The notes beneath the pieces are model-generated. The model had not been told where the DNA came from. It saw only the letters and a program-made list of their open reading frames with translations, and did not search any database. The position numbers and the translations under genes were made by a program. Shown here piece by piece: positions 54,901 to 64,000 of a stretch of DNA of 64,000 nucleotides (position 1 is its first letter; each line of letters opens with the position of its first letter). The stretch covers positions 8,556,001 through 8,620,000 of the forward strand of contig NW_024704751.1 in assembly GCF_018977255.1 (NCBI RefSeq). Direction: 5' to 3'. Origin of the DNA: Callorhinchus milii (lineage: Eukaryota).

Positions 54901-56884
54901 TCGAGATGTGGTAAGTGAGTTGTATCAAATATATCAACACAAATAATTACATCTGATACAGCTCCTTTCACATTGGGAGCATGTCTCAAAGTACTTAACA
55001 AGATTTACTATAAAGTTAATTGACTGTGCATTTTCTCAGCGAAAATAGCAGATATTCTGATCCCGTTACCCTGCACTTTTAATCAGACCCCTCAGTATTG
55101 TTCCTTCCCAAGTGTCTGTCTCTTAAACATCCCATTGACTGTGCCTCGACAGCCTTGTATAGACTGACTGCTTCATTGCTGTAACTGGACGCTGGCCAAT
55201 GCTGAAGCTAAGCCATTGCTCTTACTGATATCTCTCCAAGTCACTCAGTGGAGCTCTTCACAGTGTGTATTAGTGCGAACAAATAGAAGATAAATAAATG
55301 TCAGGCATTGAACTCGCCCGCAGTGGGGTTTAATGTGTAATCTATTCACTGTCAGAGGCTCGTGTGCTCTGATCTCGAGGTTCTGAAGCTTTGCCGTTGC
55401 TGATCCCGTGATTGTGATCTGCCTCCAGGAATTCCATCAAGCCGGAGGCCAGCGTCACCGTGGTTACCAGGAACATCAGGAATCGGATCGGCACCCGGCT
55501 CTCCGCGGAGAAGATCTCGGACGTGAGGCTCTTACTGGAGGACAAGCGGCAACTGGCGGAGCGTCGGCAACCCCCGGGGGCCGGGAGCAGCTGCGGCACC
55601 GGTAATAATACAGGGCATCATGAGGGGAGGGAGGTGGGGGAGGTGACCGTAGGCACAGTCAAAGAGGAAGGTCTTCAGGTGCGACCTGAAGATGGGGAAG
55701 GAAGTGCTTCACAACAATATGCCAGTAAGAGTGACCACCGCAGTGTTTATTTGCTACCCTGGGGAGTGGGGGGGGAGGGAGGGGATTGGAAATTGCTGTG
55801 TACTTTGGGGCACACGTCACTCCCGCTCACCGAGCGGTGACGGTTGGTCGGAAACCCCAGTGAACGAGCCGCCGTGCCTGTCTTGTCGGTTGCAGGTGTC
55901 CGGCAGAGGCTGGGAAAAAGGCCACACTCGCCGCACATCGTCTCCAGCGCCGTCACCGCCGGCAACTCCTCCATCGCCCGCCGAGAGCCGCAGACCGACG
56001 TGCACAGCCGGCTCGGGGTCCCCAGGGCCCTGGAACCCCGCGGCCCACCATCCGACAGGAGCAAGAAGCCAGGTGAGCAGCAAACTCCCCAGTCAGACCC
56101 TCTCTCTCGGCGCGTGGTGTACAGGGTGTCCTCAAATGATTACACTAGCAAATGACATTTACACGGCGCCTTTCACGCCAGTCGGGAGATCCGCAGCCGA
56201 GCTGGTGGTTGGGATCAGGAGGGGTGGGTTGGGGGGGTGGTGGGAGGGGGGTTGGGAGGGACATGAAGGGTGACCAAAGGCGCGGTCGAAGAATAGGGTC
56301 TTGAAAGGGACAAAGAAAGGGGGAGAGTCGGAGGGACTGTGGGATGGAGTTCCAGAGGTTGGGAGCAGAGAGGCTGAAGACTCAGGATCGAAGAGGAAGG
56401 TCTTGAGTGTCTCACAGCGGGAGGACTCGAGCTCGGCTCCGGTGACACAGTGACGGAGAGCCTTCTGCGGCCACCTGAGCACTGCCGTGAGGGTGTGGAT
56501 TGGGAGGAGCTGCTGTGAATCTCCTGTTACGTGTTGTGTGGCTCCTTGTCTCTCATCTTAACAGGCAGTTTGTGGAGCCGCCTGGGAAAAGCCCCCAGCA
56601 AGAGAGAGAAGAGCCCCAGCAAAGAGGAAGAGGAGGAGGAGAAGCCACTGAGCAAGGAGAAGGAGAAGCCGGTGGCCGAGGCGGGCGAGGGTGAGGGGGA
56701 GCCCGAGGGCGAGGGGGCAGCCGAGCGGGGGGAGGAGAAGGATGATGACACGGAGCTGCAGCGGGCCTGGGGGGCTCTTATCCGGGAAAAGGAACGATCC
56801 CGCAAGAAAAGCCGCCTGGACAACCTGCCCTCGCTGCAGATCGAGATCAGCCGGGAGAGCTCGACCTCCGACAGCGAGTCCTGA
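48899..56884 (+). CDS. NCBP3: Nuclear cap-binding protein subunit 3 (C17orf85), 658 aa
   Basis: Exons 48899-49087, 50110-50175, 50769-50874, 51250-51375, 51588-51704, 52287-52399, 52714-52822, 53060-53159, 53452-53561, 54090-54360, 55429-55601, 55896-56072, 56565-56884; in phase. Motifs MAAVRGLRV, DTSRRYENKAGTFITGIDVTSK, GVDEMST..IEWIDDSSCNVVW, YYMKYGNPNYGGMKGILSNSWKRRYH, MTMYADEVE and KKSRLDNLPSLQIEISRES. Confidence 0.96.
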
Positions 56885-58679
56885 CAGCCCGAGCCCCCAT
56901 CCCACACCACCATCATCCCACTGGGTTCCCCCACCCCCACGACCTCCGCCTCCGCCACAGGCAGCCTGGACTCACGTGCCGCACACAGACATTCCCCAGA
57001 TAACGGCCTTGGTACAGAGCCGGACGGCATTTAAAGAGGGTCAGTGTTTGCCCTCGTCTCTGTTACACCTCACTCTCTGACCGGATTAAACTTAAACTTG
57101 ATTGTGCGCGCTCGAGGCTGACGTTATTTGAGTGCAACCGAGCGAGCGACGGTTACCATGGGAGAGGAGACGGCACCAGGAGCTGCCGGGAGGTTGGTGG
57201 GGTAATGTGCGGGGGTTGGGGGCGGGCGGGGGAAGGAGGACGTGAGTGAATTTGATCACTCAATCCATGACTGTCTGTGGGACACTGCTGTGCACAATTG
57301 GCTGCCGCGTTTCGCCCACAAAACATACAGTCGCTACACTTTACAGTATATCTTGTGAAGCGCTTTGAGACGTCTCGAAGACGTGATAAGGCTCTGGGTC
57401 AAATGCCAGGATTATTATTATTATTAGCAGCACGGTTGCCAGCTCACGGCCCAGCCGGTGGTTCCCTGGCAGAAGGCGGTGGATTCCTGTGGTGCTGTCA
57501 CAGAGTTCCTGGCCCCGTCCTCCTACCCCCCCACCCTGGTGTGTTGCAACTGGTGTCAGCCTGGCTCCAGCTCAGTGGAAATGCTCACTCTGGGCTGCGC
57601 GTGAGCAGTTCCCCATCACTCGGCTCCCACAACCACTAACAGGCCTCCGCCACAGGCAAGTGAGTAACAGTCACATTTATACACCACGTTAGTCTGTAAC
57701 CGCAGCTTCCTGTGATCTGGGATTGACTCAATCTCAAAGGGAACCACCGTGCTCGGGAGCATTTTATCAAAGATGTCGCTAAAGCTGTCGTTCACGCTCT
57801 CCTGTGCCCTCACCTCAAGCAACGGCCACAAGGCTTCGGTTTGGGAACAGACACTTGGCTGCTTCTCTTTCCGCTCTCGAGCTGTTCAGCCCCTTTCATC
57901 GAATCGCAGGAATTTACAGCGCAGAAGGAGCCCATTTAGCCCACCGAGTCCGGTCCGGAATCACTAGGAGTTTAAGCCAGGAGCTGAGAGACGCAGGGCA
58001 GGGAGGAGAGAAAAATAATACGCTAAGAAATTAACCGATGTTAACCGCAGCCCCAACAGTAGGCATCTGTGTAGTGATCAGGGGGCCACAGCTTTCCACT
58101 CCCCAACATGGGCACGGAGACACAACTCCACCCACACACACACACACACCATTGCACTTACTAACAGCCCAAACTGCAAGTCTTTTATGTTTTTACATCA
58201 TACAGTTGTTCAGGGCCACAGATCAGGATATTGTGGAGAAAAAGAGAGCGAGAGAAACGCAGGAGGCAATAACGGAGAAAAAAGTCAGACCCACATTATG
58301 GTGACTGCACAATTCCTGTTGGAACAATTTTAAGACAAGTTGCATTTTGTGTGATGTGATGTTCGATCACCCGCAACCTGTTGGCTTCTGTGTGCTGCTC
58401 AGTGCAGATACTAACCTGTCTGTGCTGCAGCCAGTGACCGAGTCTCCAGACTGAATAACGCCATCTCTCAGCTTTGTGTTCTGTGTGTTAATAAGTTTCC
58501 CCCCCATTGCCTCGGTTGGTAAAGCCACAGCTCAGTGTGAAGCTGAGACACGCACGGAACCAGGAAGCTCAGGTTGCCCTTCCTAGTCTCCGCTCTGTTC
58601 ACTGATCTCGGCCGACAAGAGACAGCAGTGGGGGCTACGGTCAGGTGAGGGGGTCCCCAGCTCAGGAAACGCCCAACCG

Positions 58680-59050
58680 TAGGTCGGGTGGTCCTAGCTG
58701 GACAAGCGCAGCGGGAAAGCTTGCCGGACAGCGATATCAAGGGCAAGCTCTGTGGTTTTAGCTGGTTAGGCTCCAGCAGTTACACCAACTCGCACTCTGC
58801 GATCCCCCCCCCCCCCCGACCCCCCCAGGCTTGACTCTCGCCAACCTGCGCCTAATACTTTCCGGAATTAGGTGAGCAGGATGTGTCCCTCCAGGGAGAG
58901 CGCGCGTGTTCTATTCCAACTATCCCATCTCTGGGATTTCCACGTGTAGGTGGGGTGCATGGAATTCGCAGTTCGATTTGGAGACTCTGAAGCAACGGTG
59001 ATGGGTTTCTGCAGGTGTCAGGCACTCGACTGGCCAGAGAGAAAAAAAAA
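58680..59050 (+). repeat. Unclassified dispersed repeat family (at least 7 copies in the window)
   Basis: Shared core CTCCAGCAGTTAC...CCAACCTGCGCCTAATACTTTCCGGAATTAGGTGAGCAGGATGTGTCCCTCCAGGG. Other copies at ~1556-1755(-), 8816-8965(-), 10359-10448(-), 27405-27718(-), 33716-33985(+) and 37495-37840(-). Confidence 0.8.
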
Positions 59051-59207
59051 TCACACATAATTCACTGTCTCTCGCCGGGAGGTACGTCTTCTGTACCACT
59101 GAGAGCAGCTCAGCTACAGTCACACCATCTGCTGACAACCCAGGCAGGAGGTTGTGGGTTCACCCTCTGCCTGCGTTGGGGACTTTGAGTTCACAGTCTA
59201 AGAGGCT

Positions 59208-59570
59208 GGGGTGGGGTGACGGTGATGTGATATTGTTATCCTTTACTCTCATGCTTTTGCTGCAGTGTCACCCCAGCCTCTCTCCCTGGGGTTGGGGGGG
59301 GTGGGCTGTGATTCCCATCAAGACACCGCAGACCTCCTGTCTGGCTGATTTTTGCTGTTGTTTCCCCCCCCACGGGCAACGATAGATACCCTAACAGCAA
59401 AGAGCAACATACTGTGAGCAGAGGCTCTGAGCTCAGAAATTGGGACAGTTGGGAGAGGAGGGGTGGGGTGATGGTGGTGTGATATTGTTATCCTTTACTC
59501 TCATGCTTTTGCTGCAGTGTCACCCCCGCCTCTCTCCCTGGGGGTTGGCTGTGATTCCCATCAAGATACC
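59208..59570 (+). repeat. Local ~115-bp direct duplication
   Basis: 59208-59327 and 59460-59570 share GTGATATTGTTATCCTTTACTCTCATGCTTTTGCTGCAGTGTCACCCC...GGCTGTGATTCCCATCAAGA. Confidence 0.9.
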
Positions 59571-60542
59571 CTCGCTACAGTTGCCATGACTACATACCCT
59601 CGGGGGCTGCGGAGTGACGAGCACTTTGCGGTGGTCTCTGACCCTGGGGCAGGTTTAACACATTAAAATCTTGGGTGGGGGGGGATTTGGTCACTCAATC
59701 CACGACTGTTTGTGGGACACCCCTACGTACAATTGGTGCCACGGTTCGCCCACAAAATACGCATTCAATCCACTTGACAGTATATTCCGCGAAGCTCTTT
59801 TGGACGTTTCAATGACGTGAATAAGGCGCGATATCAAGTGCAAGGATTAATTATTGTCATTGTGTGCGGGTGTGTTTTCCCAGAGGGTTGCTGTTATATC
59901 GTTACCACACCCAGTGCTGTTTACTCTTCCATTCAGTTCCTCCTTTTGCTGTTAGCAACCGGATAAGAGTGACCCTGACCCTACATTCAGCTGCCAGTCA
60001 AATGTGCTGAGAGCAAACCATTATTTAAGCCGACAGCAAGCCTGAGAGACACCTGAACGAGTGATGCCAACAGCTCCGCAGTCTGTGTTTCTCACACTTG
60101 CAGGTGATGGTCGGATTCAACTCGTTTCAGGAGACAAACAAGTGGAACGAATAATAAAACCTTCCTTGCATTTGACACAGGGCCCCGCTTATCACCTCGT
60201 CGAGAAGCATCAAAGTGCTTCAAGGATTTACAGTTACTGTACCTGGCAGCGACTGTGTAGAGGGAGCTTTACTCTGTCTCTGACTCGTGTTGTGGTTGAC
60301 CAGGGAGTGTGGACGGACAGCATAGAGGGAGATTTACTTAGTCTCTAACCGGTGCTGTGGCTGACCTGGGCGTGCTGACTGATACAAAGGGAGAGTGTTC
60401 AAATTACCAGCACTGACATCCACGACGACTGGAAAATCACACCGGATTTTACTGAGCCAGGAACGCTTATTAAAACAGCACGTCACGGAACAGAACGACG
60501 TCTGAATGAGCAGAAGCCTGGCCCGGGACACAGGGAAAGAAC

Positions 60543-63500
60543 ATGGTTCGGAAAATCGCTAAGGGGAAGAAGAAAGGAGAGGCTGGTTCTCAGAGTGAGC
60601 GGTATGTGTCTCACTCACATTTGCACCACAACTGGTACTTACACACCTGCCCTCAGTCTCCCCAGTGTCTTTCACGGCCACAATATTCCAAACCTGGTCC
60701 CAATAGACTCAGATACTTTCTCCACGTAGTCAAAAACAGCCTTAGATGGGATGCAATGTAGGCGAGGGACACACACACATACAGACTGAGACAGAGTTAG
60801 AGAGAGACATACACACGCACACACCTACATACACACAGATTGAGACAGAGTGCGAGATTCACACACACACACAGAATGAGATAGAGACACACACACACAC
60901 ACGTTGTGTTGGTTACAGGCATTTCCTGCCTGTCCCTGGTTCCTGGGTTCTCGAGCAGAAGAGCAGGAGATGGGGCACTGGGATAAGGAAGGAGCAAATG
61001 TAATTTGTTGTAGTTCAGAGACACCAACCCTCTGGAACTCCATCCTGCAGTCCCTCCACCTCACCCTCACCCCCTTCAAGACTCATCTCAAGACCCTCCT
61101 CTTCGACTGTGCTTTCGATCTCCCTCCTCCCCCCCCCCACCCTCCCCAATCCTGACCCCCAGCCCGGGTCCGAAACACTGACTGCCCAGCGCCTTGGGAC
61201 GTCCTCCCGACGCCCGTGAAAGGCGCCGTACAAATGTAATGTTGTTGTTGTTGTATTTCACTGAATTGTGTTTCCCCGCAAGTCATCGAAAGAGCGCCCG
61301 GAAATCGGGAAAAGGGAAGCGGAAAAAGAAAGGGAAGAGGAGAGACGGTGGGGGTGCTGATTCCTCATTGCCAGAGAGCTCTCCGCAGAGCCAGGCTCAG
61401 GTGGGGGTTAGCACAGGTTTCCCTTCACACTGACACTCACTGTTATAGCCTTGATCAGCCACTGGTGGGGAGAGTGAGATTCTGTCTGATTCTCCCCTCA
61501 CTAACCCAACGCATTGTCACTACCAGCACAGGCCAGTAATTGGTCTACAACTCTCCGTTCACCGACAAACAGTCACGATGTTTTACTGGGAATCCTGTGA
61601 AACGCTTAATCCTCACAACCGCTTTCCCCACCCCCCCAAAAAATAACATTTTGGTCACTCAATCCATGACTGTTTGTGGGACGCTGCTGTGCGCAATTGG
61701 CTGTCACGTTTCACCCACAAAATGCACAGTCAATTCACTTTACAGTGCATTCTGCGAAGCACTTTGAGACGTTGCAACAAGGTAATAAGGCGGTGTATCA
61801 AATGCAAAGATTATTATTATTATTGCCGTCCCAATGGACTGCCATCTCTACACTGTGCACTCAAGAAGCCCATATGAGATGTCAGCTCCTGGTGTTGGAG
61901 GCTTTAGGATGTCCAGATGCAGCATAGCATTAACCTGTTGGATTCTATATCTCCCTCAGGTTGTGTTGGATGAGACACAGGCCTCTGCTGGGAAGGTGTC
62001 ATTGGACATTATTGCAGAGATAACAGAATACGAAGCTTCTGTAAGTCACACATCATCGCTCTTCCCAACCAGAACGGTCCCAAATCCCGGCCCATGACTA
62101 TGTTGCGCACGAGTGGATCTCTGACTTTGCACGATCATGGAGTCCCGTGTAGCTCAGTGGTTAGAGCACTCGCCTCGCAAGCGAGAGGTCCTGGGTTCGA
62201 TTCCCGGGCGGGGCAAACCCTTTGGCAAGTTTCCTTACTCTGCACGCCTGTCTACCAGCAGTAAGTAGGAACGCGGTTGTTAGTGGATCACTTTTTGGGG
62301 GGGTTATGATCCCTCAAGAAATAATTACCACTGTTTGTGGGACGCTGCTGTGCGCAATTGGCTGCCCCGTTTAACCCACAAAATACACAGTCAATCCACT
62401 TTACAATACATTCTGTGAAGCGCTTTAAGACGTCTCACCAATGTGATAAGGCACTATATCAACTGCAAGGCTTATTATTCTTCTTCAACTGTTTTCAGAG
62501 GGTGAGAATGCCAACGGTGCCCACCCGCCTGGCTCTCTCGAGGCAGATCAGCCGTTTCCAGCTGCCCATGGACATCAAGACACTGGAGAGTAGGTGCTCG
62601 CCCAGTCAGCTCGCTGCAGCTCAGAACAAACACCAGCAAACACATGGTCCAAGGTGTCAGTCGGAGCCAGCACCTCCACGGTGTTTGACCTGCACTCTGC
62701 TCCGTGCTCGTCATCAGTCCCTGGGGCCAGAGAGCTGAGAATTGCGTCAACCTGGCTCAGTCGGTAACACTCTCTCTCGCCTCTGAGTCAGAAGTTTGTG
62801 GGTTCAAGGGCCCACGTCGGGACTTGGAATCACATATTCTAAGCTGACACTCCAATGCAGTGCTGCGGGTGGGGGTTTGCATTGATATCTATCTATCGAT
62901 AACATATCGATGCAGAGAATGAGAATGTGTTCCATTCCTTGGCCTCGACTCTTCACGTTGGAACTGCACAGATCAATAGGAAACTGCAAAAAACATTCTT
63001 AAATCTTTTCTGTCTGTGTGCCAGCTCTGTCACCTCAGGACTACCTGATGAAATACTGCATTGTCTGCAAGAGACGGCAAGTTCACTACAAGAAATCGTT
63101 TGACAAGTTTGACAAGGACAGAGACGGAATTCTCTCGTTCCAGGTACTGTAGCAGTAACGAGTATTTGAATCCTTCTGACAGTGATAGAACCAAACAACG
63201 TCTAGTCCGTAAGCTTTGGCTTAAAGACGCTGCGTCAACACACAGAACATGAGTTTTAATGCTGTTGACCTAAACGCCTAAGGGAGTTTTTAAGGAGGAT
63301 TTGAGGATAGGGCAAAAAGCAGTAACTCCATTGTTGAAACTGTCATTTGCTGACAAATAGTCACTACACTTGACATGATGTTGGAAATGTTCCAGAGAAC
63401 TATGGGGTGAAGGTTGACGATGGTGGAGCAAAGAAAAAAAGACCTCAATAAAAAGAGGATTTCTCCCAGAGCCAAAGCCAACAGTCCTTCAACCAAGTTG

Positions 63501-63918
63501 GTCATTCGTCTCCTGGTTTTGTGTGGGATCTCACTATGTTGAAGCTGCCTGTCTTTTGCTGACAAATATTGCAGTCACAACACTTGACAGCAGTTATCGA
63601 TGGAAGCATTTAGACATTTTTTCCGGGTGTAATAATCACTCCATTGTCCCCATTTTACCGGACAATCCCGAGCCCTTTCGGGGGAAGTCAGTCTCCGCCA
63701 CTGGATTGGAAGCTCACACTCTAACTCTAATGCTATCTACCCCACCCCCCCCAGGAGATGGAGAAGGCACTGATCGACGTTTACTTCAACACCATCACCT
63801 CCCGGGACGTCAGGCGAGTGACGGAGCTCCTGCTCGCCGACGAGAGCACAAGATTCACTCACAAACTCTTCATCCCGCTCTGTGCTCTCTCCGAGCGCCT
63901 CCTCTACACAATGTTTGA
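60543..63918 (+). CDS. Uncharacterised EF-hand protein gene, partial; continues beyond the window, 5' end uncertain
   Basis: Phase-consistent exons 60543-60601, 61283-61400, 61960-62040, 62499-62589, 63025-63143, 63755-63918. Translation ...[64 protein letters not shown]...[14 protein letters not shown] canonical 12-residue EF loop [12 protein letters not shown] spans an intron. Confidence 0.75.
61025..61252 (+). mobile_element. L2-clade LINE 3' end (representative copy)
   Basis: LWNS...[14 protein letters not shown], then a tail CCAGCGCCTTGGGACGTCCTCCCGACG..GAAAGGCGC and (TTG)n. Related copies at ~12150-12340(-), 16250-16490, 24315-24540, 42230-42520 and 56150-56380(-). Confidence 0.7.
62146..62480 (+). 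mobile_element. Full-length tRNA-Ala(CGC)-derived SINE (representative copy)
   Basis: GTAGCTCAGTGGTTAGAGCACTCGCCTCGCAAGCGAGAGGTCCTGGGTTCGATTCCC (A/B boxes, anticodon arm CTCGC-CTCGCAA-GCGAG). Body GCTGTGCGCAATTGGCTGCC, then an L2-like tail ending in (TTA)n. Confidence 0.85.
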
Positions 63919-64000
63919 GTAAGTTTAAAGCACATCCTATTCTGTCCCTAAAATCTTACAGCTAAGCTTCACCCCAACAGCTGTCAGCAAACACTGTAAT

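Noticed and set aside
59208-59330. H/ACA snoRNA or pre-miRNA
   Set aside because: There is no ANANNA H box between the stems, and the stem is too interrupted for a pre-miRNA; kept only as a duplication.
62146-62215. Apparent tRNA-Ala gene (also at 31543, 32978 and 5048)
   Set aside because: There is no proper acceptor stem or T-run terminator, and it continues into a SINE body; these are SINE heads.
62878-62914. Small palindrome TGCATTGATAT...ATATCGATGCA
   Set aside because: It is short, sits at the end of a truncated SINE, and has no supporting context.

Overview
This is vertebrate genomic DNA with spliced genes. The repeat complement (Deu-domain SINEs, a tRNA-Ala-headed SINE, L2 and CR1 3' ends) suggests a cartilaginous fish, possibly a chimaera; that assignment is inference. 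Exons were traced by hand with GT-AG boundaries and phase checks. The window is a compact block syntenic with human 17p13: the 3' part of INPP5K (+), XAF1 (+), TEKT1 (-), an intact divergent SLC25A1-like mitochondrial citrate carrier (+) head-to-head with TEKT1, SMTNL2 (-), NCBP3 (+), and an unrecognised EF-hand gene (+) that runs off the right end. Most ORFs in the supplied track are artefacts of repeats or antisense exons. There are no prokaryotic-type systems (CRISPR, operons). The most notable items are: (1) a probable extra SLC25A1 paralogue sharing an RFX-box promoter region with a ciliary tektin; (2) a ~55-bp inverted repeat bracketing exon 3 of that gene; (3) the orphan EF-hand gene; (4) tandem ISREs at XAF1; (5) a tandemly amplified SINE head; (6) a coding minisatellite in SMTNL2 read in all three frames. 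Comparisons with human proteins are from memory and need verification by alignment.
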